Shown here: positions 26,760-39,595 of the stretch, one piece after another
Layout: every line of letters starts with the position of its first letter
How positions within the stretch are numbered: the first letter of the stretch is position 1
Source: Felis catus
Lineage: Eukaryota
Assembly: GCF_018350175.1 (NCBI RefSeq)
Contig: NC_058368.1
Location: 93,188,001-93,252,000 of the forward strand
DNA length: 64,000 bases
Reading direction: 5' to 3'
Notes under the pieces: generated by a model
Databases searched by the model: none
The model's input: the letters and a program-made list of their open reading frames with translations, nothing else
Told to the model about the DNA's origin: nothing
Program-made: the position numbers and the translations under genes

Positions 26760-27169
26760 TGTATCAGCACTAATCTTTAATAAGGGACACAGTTCAGGGT
26801 GATCTGGTCCACAGAAGTGTGCTATTTGGCTCCACCAAACAATGTGTATTATATATGTAAATTACAGGCATTTCCTTTTTTAAAATGTGGATTTCTTGCT
26901 TCTTTTGTTAAATGAAGAGATCTGGCAGTATTTGGTCCCTGTCTCCATGTACAGACCAATGAGCTGGAACTGAGGAACCGCCATCCCTCAGATGGGCTCA
27001 TGCACTCACTGCTGGTCGGATCTTTATCACACAACTCAATTCTCATGTATGTCACCCATCTGACCCCTGTAGGAGTTTGGAGTCACAACCCTGATATATA
27101 CAAAACATGGATTCAATGAAGCCACAGGAGTCTCGGGAAGTCATTTGCAGTTAAGATAAATATGCAAGG

Positions 27170-27997
27170 GTTGGACATATGGAAGGGTGGAATGAGGGCC
27201 TCCATAAATCTGCTCTGCCATAAAATCAATGAAAGTACAAGTAAATTCATCAAAAGCAACTTTTTTATAACTCTGGGAATTAACACAAGGCTTGCAACAG
27301 CCAGAAGAGCAATCTTTTGAAGAAAAACTACAAAACCTCAGTAAGAATGGTAGGGATTGTAGCATTTAACCAGTCCTTTTTCCTTTCCTTTCTTCTTCAT
27401 TCCACAGAACCTTGAAAACCAGCAGCCCTGCAAACACAGTAGCTGTGAAAAACAGCAGGTCCAGCTGATAACACAGGGGGGTTAAATGGGTGTGGTACTC
27501 CCCAACAAGCCCCATTGCCAAGGTATTGTCACTATTTGTCTGTCTCCTGGGTCCCTGGAAAAAAAACCTTTGCACGACACGGTCATTATTTGACTGGACA
27601 TGGAGCTTACTCTGTGGGAAATGCCCCATCCCAAGGGTTGTTTTTTTTTGTTTGTTTGTTTGTTTGTTTTTTTTAAGGAGCTATTGTTTAATAATGCCTA
27701 AGATTGGGATACTAGTTGGGGCAAACAAGAGCCTGTCCAAAAATGTAAAAGGAAAATCTGGAGAACGAGATGCCCGCAGATTGTTCTGAGAGCTCCGACC
27801 TGTTCCTGGGGTTATAAAAGATCACACAAATGTTCAAGGCTATGCATATGCCCCAGAAAGACCTGAGAGGGCACTAGCCACTCTCTTCTGGATGACCCTA
27901 AAGCCCTGCACAAGCAGGAAGTAAATACTAAGGTAGACTTGCAAGCTGTCTTAAGATTGAATGCATCCCCTAGCGTGTGAGTGCACACGTGCGCGCA

Positions 27998-28043
<46 letters not shown>

Positions 28044-28160
28044 TTCCGCAAAAGACTTCTTAAATGCTTCAGAGCATTTAAGAGACACTTTTTCGATCAT
28101 TAACTGACTATAAGCTATAGAGTAGAGATTTGTATAGTGACACACTGTAGGGAATCAAGA
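27170..28160 (+). mobile_element. Ancient L1M 5'UTR fragment with an embedded (CG)(CA)n microsatellite at ~27974-28040
   Basis: caacttttttataactctgggaattaacacaaggcttgcaac...ctcagtaagaa resembles recalled old L1 5' ends and is homologous to 48640-48880. Confidence 0.6.
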
Positions 28161-28319
28161 TTTTATAGAATGAATTTTGACCTTGACATCACTTGTTCCC
28201 TTCTGATAATGGGGTTTAACCCAGGTCTTGTTATTTAAAATATTTTGTATTAAGACAGAGGTCCTTCTACATGCATTGTGATTCTTTGTAACCATTTTCT
28301 GGGATTCATTCTAATTATA

Positions 28320-28690
28320 TTGAGATGTTTATGGTAGCATTATTTGTGACATTTGGGATTTGGAAGGCAATTTACGGATTTGTCACAGGGGAATGGATAG
28401 ACTATATAGAGGCATTCTGTGAAATAGTGTGCAGCAAAAAAGAAGCAACTAACTAGATGAACATATAGTAAAATGGATGGATTATAAACAGTCAACACTG
28501 TAAAAAAAAATAAAGCAGTTTGCCCTCACACATACACATGAAAGAATAGTCTGTATTTTCCAATAATGTGTACAAATAAAGGATATGCATAAAATACTGA
28601 AAGGTGTTGCCTGTAGGGTAGTGATGTCAAATGAGAGTGTACAGTCAGTGTAAGAAAATTTTCAGGGACTGATGTAGGTGATGAGTACTG
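28320..28690 (+). mobile_element. Old L1ME-type 3'UTR fragment
   Basis: gtagcattatttgtg...ggaaggcaa...caggggaatggatag. Confidence 0.5.
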
Positions 28691-31220
28691 ATGTCAGATG
28701 GCTGACTGAGTCAACCTTCTGCAAGCAAGGAAGGAGGGATAGGAAAGGGAGGAAGGAAGGGAGGGAGGGAAAAAGATGGAGAAAAAGAAAAAAGCATGGA
28801 GAAGGGTGAGAGAAAGCAATAGAGAATCATGGGGGAAAATCTGCATTTGAAGTGAAAGAGAATTCACCTTATAAAAAATCAAATCAGAGATAAAATATTC
28901 TAGAGAGATGGCATTTCTGGACATCTGGAAAGCTAGAGGCACAGAGGGGACCCAGGCACACCTGGACAGTGAGGCTACCTTTCCTCTTTGCCTCTTTCCT
29001 GCCTCTAATGATGAACGGGTGGCATTTCTGGTGCTCAGCATGACTCAAGAACGGGAAAAACCTGTGTGTTAAACATTCTCTTGAATAAGAGTATTTGATT
29101 TTTGCTGTGAGCACTTCTGAGAAGGATGGTATAAGCCTGAGTATAAAAGGGCAATGGCCTCATGAGAATTTTGATTTTTATTAATGCCAACAAGATTCTG
29201 ACTCCAGGAATACCCCATTGGGAAAATTCATGGCAAGTTAAACTTGGTGTTACTAACATTTACCAACGTTTTTAAATCATGTGTTCTGTCTTAAAAAAAA
29301 AAAACGAAAGCTTTCTTACCCCAAGATAGTTAAAAATAGATACAATCTGGAAAAGTTTTAATTCCCTATATGTGTGGCTGCACTGGTCCAATGGTGAGTA
29401 AGAAACTTTCGAAAGCCACAATACACTAAAACAGGGCTTATGTTTGGCTGAGTTTGACTATAAACAAGGTCACTAATTATTATGAGAATGAGGTGTGGCC
29501 TTAAAATTACATTTACCCTTCTGAGAATGGGGTTTGATCCAGGCCCTAGCACTTATGGTATTTTATACAAGACAGAGGTACTTTCTGTGTATCATGATTC
29601 TTAACAACTATTTGCTGTGATCTAAGCCCACCCTCCGGCAAATAATTCATCCCCTCCACTTATCCACACAAATGAAACTTGTGAAATAGTAAATCTTGTC
29701 CCTATCCATTTTAAATGAACTCACGGGCAGTACCTCTGGCTGTCTTCCCAAACTGTGTTGTGAATTCAATGATTATAAACCTATATTTTTCCAAAGTTTT
29801 GCACCCTTCCCAGTAAACCTGTAAATTGTGGCACTTAAAAACAACATGTGTATAAAAAGTTCATACTAAATATTAAATATGCATGCATATATGATTATTA
29901 GAAAATAAAATTTCCAATTACATAAAAATTAGTCTGATTTTACCACCAGGAAAGGCGTAAAAATACAGTAACAATGAGCTATGGGGATAAAGAATTAAAT
30001 GGAACTTTCATTGTACGTTATAGGCAGTTATCACATGCTCAGGCACAGAGGACGAGATGTGTAAGAAAAGTAAAAGTAAACTTTGTGGAGGAAATAGGCT
30101 GTAAAGAAACTCACAAATGAAGGAAGAGACAAGGCTTTGTGATCTAGAGGCAATGGTGTTATATATCGGGACACAGCAGAAATGATTTTGGAAGAGTCAT
30201 ATATTCAGTAAATTAAGATGGGGATTAACAGGTAATGCTAGAAATAGCAGACAAACTAAGTTGGTGACTAGGAGGGAGGAAAACGTCAATAAATAGAAAA
30301 GCTAGTCTCAGGCTGTCACCAGACCATACACAAAAGAAAAGGAAGAAGATTAGAATACATTCAGAAATGATTGATTGAAGCTTCAGCCCAGACTGTTCAA
30401 TCTAATTTATAAAGGACCAAACAGTCCACTGTAGAGTAGATTTCGGTCAATAAAAAACAGGAAAAGTACTTACTAAGCGCTTATTAGGTGCTGAGCAACA
30501 CTGCATCTTATGTTTTACAAAAGTTAGAGCTTGGTTTGCTATTTTCTCACCACTATATATAGATGTTTGTATCCTTGAGAAAGACTTCATTTTTTTGCAG
30601 TTGGCAAAATTACCATAATGCCTGCTAACGGTGCCATGCATTCATTATACTCACTTGGTGTGGTATGAGTTCCAGAATGAATTTACTACATTTTACTAAA
30701 CTAAATTTCTTGAGCTAAATAGTATGTACTTACCCGAGGCCAATCTTTCTTTAAGTATCACGAGAGTGGACCCAGTTAGTCAAAGTATCAGAAACTTTTC
30801 AGACCAGGAGAAACAAAACACATTTCTCACACAAAAATATGTATTTCAAGTTTTATGTTTACTTCATCCCTATTCTTTGTCCTGCCTAGATTTTTTTACA
30901 GCTGCACCAGCAAGCAACAGCATGTGCCTTAATTCAATGTGTTTTGGTGAATGTAAATACATTTCTGAATAACGCTATCATTTTTAGAAAATAGTTGCTC
31001 AATAAATCCAATGTGGGATGAAGCAACTATGCTCTCTGAATCTGTAATTAAAAACATGTATACAGAGGATGGAGTTAAGATGGCAGAGCAGTACGGGGAC
31101 CCTGAGCTTGTCTTGTCCCTGAAATGCAGCTAGACCAGCACCAAACCGTTTTGAACACCTAGGAAATTTATCTAAGGATTAACACAACAATCTGCATAAC
31201 TGGAGCCAGAGAACTTTCAG

Positions 31221-32124
31221 ATGGAGGAATTCACCCTAAAAGAAAGAACAGGAACAAATGACCAGAAATTTAATCAACATAGATCAAGTAAGATGTATTA
31301 TAAGAATATATAATTATATACTCATAATTATATAATTATAAGAATTATAAGAATACTAGATGTGGCTGAAAAAAGCATAGAAGGCACCAGAGAATCCCTT
31401 TCTGTAGAGATAAAAGAACTAAAAGCTAATCAGGCTGAAATTAAAAATGCTATAACTGCACTGACATGCAGTCTTGAATGGATGCCACGATGGTGAGGAT
31501 GGACAAAGCTGAGCAGCCAATCAGTGAGATTGAAGATAAAATTATGGAAAATAATGAAGCAGAAAAAAAAGAGGGAAACAAAGGCAAAAGATCACAATAC
31601 AAGACTTAGATAACTTAGTGACTTATTAAGGAGGAATAACATTTATATTACAGGAGTCCCAGAAGATGAGAGAGAAAAAGGGACAGAAGGTTTATGTGAG
31701 AAAATTATAGTTGAAAACTTTCCTAACCTGGGGAAGGACACATACATCAAAATCCAAGAAGTACACAGAACTCCCATTAGATTCAACAAAAACCAAGGCA
31801 TATCAGCCAAAGTCACAAATTACACAGACAAGGAAAGAATAATAATGCACCAAGGGGGAAAAAGTCCTTAACCTCCAGGGGGAGACAGATCAAGTTCGCA
31901 ACGGATCTATCCACAGAAACTTGGCAGGCCAGAAAGGAGTGGCAGGATATATTCAACATGCTGAATTGGAAAAATATGCAGCCAAAAAGTCATTATCCAG
32001 CAAGGCTGTCATTCAAAATAGAAGGAGAGATGAAGAGTTTCCCAGGAAAACAAAAATGAAAGGAGTTATTGACCACTAAACCAGCCCTGCAAGAAAATTT
32101 AAGGGGGGGGCGGGTACTCTCTGA
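31221..32124 (+). pseudogene. L1 ORF1 remnant (initiator ATG missing, multiple lesions)
   Basis: Colinear with ORF1 of the young L1 in this window (gaaaactttcctaacctggggaagg; tatccagcaaggctgtcattcaaaatagaagg; aaaccagccctgcaagaa). Confidence 0.85.
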
Positions 32125-32215
32125 GTGGAGAAAAAACAAAACAAAAGATCAAAGCAACAAAGACTAGAAAGGACCAGAGAACATCATGAGAAACACCAAC
32201 TCTATAGGCAACACA

Positions 32216-35150
32216 ATGGCACTAAATTCCTATCTTTTAATTATCACTGTAAATGTAAATGGATTAAATGTTTCCATCAAAAGACATAGGGTATCAGAAT
32301 GTATAAAAAAAAACTAGCATAAGAAGGTAAATAATAAAGATTAGAGTAGAAATCAATGATATTGAAATAAAAAACCAGTAGAGTAGATCAACAAAACTAG
32401 GAGCTGTTTCTTTGAAAGAATTAACAAATTGAGAAGCCCTAAGCCACATTTATCAAAAAGAAAAAGGACTCAAATAAATAAAATTACTAATGAAAAAGAT
32501 CAGTACCAACACTGTAGAAATATAAACAACAATAAGAGAATATTATGAGCAATTATATGCCAACAAATTGGGCAATCTGGAAGAAATGGATAAATTTATA
32601 GAAACCTGTAAACTACCAAAACTGAAATAGGAAGAAGTAGAAAATCTGAACAGACCCATAACCAGTAAATAAACTGAATCAGTAATCAAAAATCTCCCAA
32701 CAAACACAAGTCCAGGGCCAGATGGCTTCCCAGGAGAATTCTACAAAACATTTAAAGAAAAGTTAACACCTATTCTCTTGAAGCTATTCCAAAAAATATA
32801 AATGGAAGGAAAACTTCCAAATTCATTCTATGAGGCCAGCATTACCTTGATTCCAAAACCAGAAAGACTCAACTAAAAAGAAGAATTACAAACCAATTTC
32901 CCTGGTGAACATGGATGCAAAAATTCTGAACAAGATACTAGCAAATCAAATTCAACAATACATTAAAAGAATTATTCACCACGATCAACTGGGATTTATT
33001 ACTGGGTAGCAGGGGTAGTTCAATATCCATAAATCAATCAATGTGATACACCACATGAATAAAAGAAAGAATAAGAATCACATGATCCTCTCAATAGATG
33101 CTGAAAAAGCATTTGACAAAATACAGCAAACTTTCTTGATAAAACTCTCAAGAAAGTAGGTATAGAAGGAATATACCCAAACATCATAAAAGCCATATAC
33201 AAAAGACCCACAGCTAATATCATCCTCAATGGGGAAAAACTGAGACCTTTCCCACTAGGGTCAGGAACATGATAGGGATGTCCACTCTTACCAATGTTGT
33301 TCAACATAGTACCAGAAGTCCTAGCCTCAGTAATCAGACAACACAAAGAATAAAAGTCATCCGAACTGGCAAGAAAGAAGTCAAACTTTCACTTTCCACA
33401 GAGGACATGATACTCTATGTGGAAAACCTGAAGGATTCCATCAAAAAACTGTTAGAACTGATATATGAATTCCGCAAAATTGCAGAATATAAAATCAACA
33501 TGCAGAAATCAATTGCATTTCTATACACCCATAGTGAAGCAGCAGAAAGAGAAATCAAGGAATCGATCCCATTTACAAGTGCACCAAAAACCATAAAATA
33601 CCTGGGAATAAACCTAACCAAATAGGTAAAAGGTCTCTATGCTGAAAACTATAGAAATCTTATAAAAGAAATTGAAAATGACACAAAGAAATGGAAAAAA
33701 TACTTCCTGCTCATGGACTGGTACAACAAATATTGTTACAATGTTTATACTACCCAAAGCAATCTAAGCCATTCAATGCAATTCCTGTCAAAATAACACC
33801 AGTATTCTTCACAGAGCAAGAGCAAACAATTCTAAAATTTCAATGGAACCAGAAAAAATCCCGAATAGCCAAAGTCATGTTGAAAAAGAACCAAAGCTGG
33901 AGGCATCACAATTGGAGATTTATTTATTACAAAGCTGTAATCATCAAGATAGTATGGTACTGGCACAAAAACAGACACAAAGATCAATGGAAAAGAATAG
34001 AAAACCAAGAAAGAGACCCACAAATGCATGCCCAACTAATCTTCGACAAAAGCAGGAAAGAATAACCACTGGAAAAAAGAGTCTCTTCAGCAAACAGTGT
34101 TGGCAAAACTGGACAGCAACATGCAGAAGAATTAACCTGGACCACTTTCTTACACCATACACAAAAATTAACTCAAAACGGATGAAAGACCTAAATGTAA
34201 GACAGGCCACCATGAAAACGCTAGAGGAAAACACAGGCAACAACCTCTTTGACCTCTGTCACAGCAACTTCTTACTAGACATATCTATAGAGACAAGGGA
34301 AACAAAACAAAATGAACTATTGGGACCTCATCAAGATGAAAAGCTTCTGCACAGCAAAGGAAAACAATCAACAAAACTAAAAGGCAACCAATGGAATAGG
34401 AGAAGATATTTGCAAATGCCATATCAGATAAAGGGTTAGTATTTAAAAATCTATAAAGAACTTATCAAACTCAACACCCAGAAAACAAAAAAATCCAAAG
34501 AATAAGGGGGCAAAAGACATGAACAGACACTTTTCAAAAGAGGACATCCAGATGGCGAACAGACACTCGAAAAGAATGTTGATGTGCAACATCACGCATC
34601 ATCAGGGAAATACAAATAAAAACCACAATGAGATGTCACCTCACCCATCAGAATGTCTAAATTAACAACTCAGGAAACAACAGATGTTGTTGAGGATGCA
34701 GAGAAATGGGAACACTTTTGCACTGCTGGTGGGAACTGATCCAGTCACTCTGGAAAACAGTATGAAGTTCCTCAAAAAATTAAAAATAGAGTTATACAAC
34801 TCAGCAATTGCTGTACTAGGTTAAATACCTAGTATTCAAAGGATACCAAAAAAATGCTGATACAAAGGGGTGCATGCACCCCAATGTTTAGAGCAGCACT
34901 ATCAACAGTAGCTAATTTATGGAAAGAGCCCAATGTCCATTGACAGGTGAATGGATAAAAAAAGATGTGATATACAAAACAATGGAATATTACTTGGGTA
35001 TATGTAACAATGGAATACCACTCGGTGATCAAAAGGAATGAAATCTTGCCATTTGCAACAATGTGGATGGAAATAGAACGTATTATGCTAAGCCAAATAA
35101 ATCAGTCAGAGAAAGACAGATACATGATTTCACTCATATGTGAAATTTAA
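32216..35150 (+). pseudogene. L1 ORF2 remnant lacking the endonuclease domain
   Basis: Jumps from the VSE(C)IKK region to the [18 protein letters not shown] region at ~32313; RT FADD motif decayed to STED; many stops and frameshifts. Confidence 0.88.
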
Positions 35151-36055
35151 GAAACTTTTGTTTCTTAACAAATGTTTAACAGATGAACATAGGGGAAGGG
35201 AAGGAAATATAAGACAAAAACAGAGGGAGACAAACTATAAGAGACTCTAAAATAAAGAGAACAAACTGAGGATTGCTGGAGGAGTGTTGCAGGAGGATGG
35301 GCTAGATGGGTGATGGGTATTAAGGAGGGCACTTGTTAAGATGTAACAACTATTATATGTAAGTGATGAATCACTAAGTTCTACTCCTAAAAGTGTAACA
35401 CATAAACTATAGTGTTAGTTAACACTATATGTTAACTAACTTGGATTTAAATAAAAATAAAAATTAAATTAAAAAATTAAAAATTAAAATAAACACAAAG
35501 CTACAGAAACAAGGTACATAGAGTTTTAAAAACATACATAATAAAAGCCATAGATCATTATCAATCAGTTCCCAAATTGAGAGATTCTCCTGTAATCTCA
35601 GGGCTAAATGGTAGGGACTGAGGGGCTCAGTTGGCATCTCTCATGCTTTGCCTACCAAAAGAGATGAGCACCACCTTCCTGGCAGGTGAGAGGAGGGCAA
35701 AAGGGTCCTTACCCACCCTAGCCTTGGAGAAGCTGCCTCCTATCCCACTGCTGTGTGTGCTTCCATCTGAGAAAGCCAGAGTCATGTCTATTTAAATATG
35801 AAATGTTATGTCCATCCATGCATTTTATTACGAGTGAATAGGCTAAAAACAAAACAAAACAAAACAAAAAAACCTAGTTGGACTAATTAGAATTTTGTGC
35901 ATTAATATTTGTTGGAGCTTATCCTATGGAAAACAGGGTAAGACACATAGGAGAAACCTGGTTAACTCCAAATAAGATATTCTGGATTAAAAATAAAAAG
36001 AAATGAAAGATTATTAAAGAAATTAGAAAAGGACGTATACACACATGTATTTGTA

Positions 36056-36801
36056 CAAATCTTTTTCAATTTATGATGTGGTTATATCCCAACAGACTTA
36101 TCGTAAATTTAAAAAATCATGAGTTAAAAGTTCATTTAATATACCTAACCTACCAAACATTGTAGGGTTAGCATAGCCTATCTTAAACAAGCTCAGAACA
36201 CTTACGTTAGCCCACAGTTGGACGAAATCATCTAAGACAAAGCCTGTTTTATAATAAAATATATTGTAAAATGTTTACTTATTTATTTTGAGAGAGTGAG
36301 CAAATGTGAGCAGGGAAGGGGTAGAGAGAGGAAGAGAGAGCAAGCGAGAGAGACAGAGAGAGAGAGACACAAAGAGAGAATCCCAAGCTGTCAGCACGGA
36401 GCCTGACTCGGGGCTTAATCCCACCAACCGTGACATCATGACCTGAAAATCTGACACCCAACTGACTGAGCCTCCCAGCTGCCTGTATAATAAAGTATTG
36501 AATATTTCATGTAATGTATTAAATACTCTACTGAAAGTAAAAAACGGAATGGTTGCATGGGTACAGAACAGTTGTAAATGTATCAGTTCTTTACTCTTGT
36601 AATCAAATGGCTGATGGGTAGCTGTGGCTCACTGCCACTGCCCAGCATCAAAAGAGAGTATTGTAAGGCGTATCACTAGCCTAGAATAAGATAAAAATTC
36701 AAACTTTAAAATATGGTTTCTAATGAATGCATATCACTTTTATACCGTTGCAAAGTCAAAAAATATCTTAAGTCAAACCATCATAAGTCAAGGACCATCT
36801 G
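36056..36801. mobile_element. TcMar-Tigger MITE (MER47/Tigger5-like) split by a SINE
   Basis: TA on both flanks; degenerate TIRs caaatctttttcaatttatgatg / catcataagtcaaggaccatctg; internal atacctaacctaccaaacat. Confidence 0.85.
36270..36484 (-). mobile_element. Can-SINE inside the Tigger element
   Basis: (AG)n, gctgtcagcacggagcc, catgacctg; TSD-like tataataaa...tattg. Confidence 0.9.
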
Positions 36802-36812
36802 TAGAGATGTAC

Positions 36813-36814
<2 letters not shown>

Positions 36815-36869
<55 letters not shown>

Positions 36870-36880
36870 AACACACACAC
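36815..36880. repeat. (TA)n(CA)n microsatellite
   Basis: Read directly from the sequence. Confidence 0.95.
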
Positions 36881-37015
36881 ATTTATAAATGGGAAATGAG
36901 GAGATTGATTGTACCTATTTTGGGTCTAGCTACCATGAGCTTAATTAAATAAAGCATAAAGAGGAGCTTAAGGAAATAAAACATAAATAAGGATTTAATT
37001 AAAAATTCACAATTA

Positions 37016-38900
37016 AGACTTCCGGTTTCTGGTTCCACATGTAAGGAGCTTGGGAGTCAACACTCTAACAATTCAAAGCTGAGCAGGCTGAAAAGTCAGC
37101 AATTCTTCTTGGATCCATAAGACAGGAGAGGACACAGGGCATATCACTGCCCCAAGATTGGAAAGACAGACAAGCAAATATAGAGAGACATAGCTTACTG
37201 GAGCAGAAACTTACACCAAGCAGAAACCACTGTGGGAACCAGTACTGGCACAGAAAAGTCTGAACTGTAATTGATGAATTGCTGGATGCTCAGCAGAGAC
37301 AACTCTGAGAGCTAAAATTTCCAGGGAGACCCAGTTTTAGGGAGCCCCCCCCCCCACAATATTGTGAGATTTACCTTTAGCAGCTCAACCAGACTCCTAC
37401 AGTAAATATTGAGTATAAAGTCACCTTGTGCTTTGAGCTGGGGGAAGAGGGGAAAGGAACCATTTTCCAATACCTTGGATCACTCTTGTTCTCAACAAAG
37501 GGAAACTTGTGAATAAGCCTAATGTGTTGGCTTATTATCAATGCCTTGCTGACCAGGGAGTGGAAAACCCAAATTCTTCTAGCCAGTCTGTCCCACCTAA
37601 GTGGGGAGGAAAAATCTGAGAAACACTTGTGAAGTTCACAATCTAGAGGCACCAGCTCACTAGACCACTGAGACCTGACAATAGGGCTGTCAAGGGTTTC
37701 TCCTTCCTCCACACTTTACCACACCATTAGTGAAGCCTATTTATAGTACTTCCTTCTACCCAGTATATCACATCCAGCTACCAAGAAAAAATTACAAGGA
37801 CAATGATCATAAAGCAATATTTTCTAAAAATGTTTGTCTTCCCCCCAACAGAAAAAAAGAAAAGGAAAAAAAATTGTAAGGCATACCAAAAAGCAAAAAA
37901 CAAACAAACACACAAACAAATCCCCAAAACTTCAAACCACAGTGTGAGGAAACAAAGCAAACATCAGGACCAGACATGAAAGGGATGTTGGGATTAACAA
38001 ATGGGGAATTTAAAATATCTAAGATTAATTAATATGTAAGAGCTTTAATGGATAAAGTAGATGGTATGCAAGAACAGATGGTGAATGCAAGCAGAGAAAT
38101 GGAAATCTCTATTTAAAAAAACTGAAAAGAGGTACTAGAAATCAAAAACACGAACAGAAATGAAGAATGCCTTTGATCAGGCTTATTAGGAGACTGGACA
38201 CAGTTGAGGACAGAATCTCTGCACAAGAGGATGATCAGAATTCACAAAATCCAAAAAGCAAAAAGAACAAAGACTGAAGAAAAGCATAGACAGGGGGCCC
38301 TCCAAGGATTGCGGGACAATTACACAAGGAATGGGAATGCCAGAAGGAGAAGAAAGAGAGAAAGGAACCAGAAGTGGTATTTGGAACAACAGTGACTGAG
38401 AATTTCTCTGTATTAATTTCAGACACCCAACCAAAGATCCAGGAAGCTCAGGGAACACAAAACAGGATAAATGCCAAAAAGGTGACACCGAGGTGTATCA
38501 CTTTCAAATGAAAGAAAATCAAAGGTAAAGGAGAAACCCTAAAAAAAAACCAAAGGCAAGAAAGCAATTTACCCATGGAGAAACAAAGATAAGAGTTACA
38601 TATGACTTCTCAGAAACCGTGCAAGCAAGAAGAAAGTAGAGTGAAACATTTACAAAGTTGAGCAGGGAGGAAAAATAACCTAGAGTTTTGTACTCAGTGA
38701 AATGGTTCCCCCAAACTGAAGGAGAAATAAGGACTTTTCTCAAACAAACAAAAATGGAGGGAATGTGGTGCCAGTAGACCTACCTTATAACAAATGGTAA
38801 GAGTTCTTTAGGGAGAAGGAAATTAATACAGGTTGGAAGCTCCAGATCTACATAAAGACCTGAAGAGCAGAGAAGAAGGACCAAGTGAAGGTAAAGCAAA
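37016..38900 (+). mobile_element. Ancient L1M 5' portion (5'UTR plus decayed ORF1)
   Basis: Start gacttccggtttc...catgtaaggagcttgggagtc; ORF1 landmarks ccagaaggagaagaaagagag, gatccaggaagctcag, tgacttctcagaaacc, gaaggagaaataaggacttt. Confidence 0.8.
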
Positions 38901-39119
38901 GTCCATGCTGAGACCTTGAGTGAAATGGAAGTGTGATTGTGGGGGGCAGTCTAGGAGACTGAGAAGGTTTATCCAGTTGGGTTTCATTAAAATGGTGGGA
39001 GTAGCTCCATTTCCCAGGTTGTGGCAAAAATGTGGAAGGATGGACATAAGCGAAGGAAGGGAGATAAGAAAGGAAGCTACTTCCAAAAACTCTGTCTACA
39101 CTTTCTGCAGTAAGAGAAC

Positions 39120-39129
39120 TTTTTTTTTT

Positions 39130-39174
<45 letters not shown>

Positions 39175-39343
39175 ATGCACAGGGGGAAGGGGTAGAGGGA
39201 GAAGGGGCATGACAGAGAATCTTAAGCAGTCTCCATGCTCAGCATGGAGCCCAACACGGGACTGGATCCCATCACCCTGTGGTCATGACCTGAGCTGAAG
39301 TTAGGAGTCAAATGCTCAACCGACTGAGCCACCCAGGCACCCC
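39120..39343 (-). mobile_element. Can-SINE
   Basis: Poly-T, (GA)n, actgagccacccaggcacccc; TSD agtaagagaa / agttagagaa. Confidence 0.92.
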
Positions 39344-39499
39344 AGTTAGAGAAATTCCAAATGATCTCCTCATTGCTACCTTTTCTTCCAATTCTCCCTC
39401 ATATATTACCCATGCTGACTTGATCCAAATTATATAAGCTTCTAAAAGCCTTAATTCTAATCCATACTCTCCTAACCTGGTCATTTATGAGAGATCCAG

Positions 39500-39595
39500 A
39501 TCCCTCTCTGGGCCCCAGTTTCTTCATCTAGAAAATGGGGACAGTTAGTGAGCTTAGGTTAAAATTTCTGAAGATCCCTGTGTTTTTAAGATTCT
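39500..39595 (+). mobile_element. MIR fragment
   Basis: ctctctgggccccagtttcttcatctagaaaatgggg. Confidence 0.65.

Larger units (their letters stand above)
31065..35492 (+). mobile_element. Carnivore-era L1 retaining both ends but with two large internal deletions
   Basis: 5' gttaagatggc head; ORF1 remnant 31221-32124; ORF2 ATG at 32216; RT and C-terminal remnants; 3'UTR and A-tail 35450-35492. Confidence 0.93.

Noticed and set aside
30725..30820. Strong minus-strand donor cgg|gtaagt
   Set aside because: Only a weak aag acceptor upstream and stops in all frames
31046..35507. Possible TSD for the older L1 (aaaacatgtatacaga vs aaacacaaagctacaga)
   Set aside because: Too degenerate to claim
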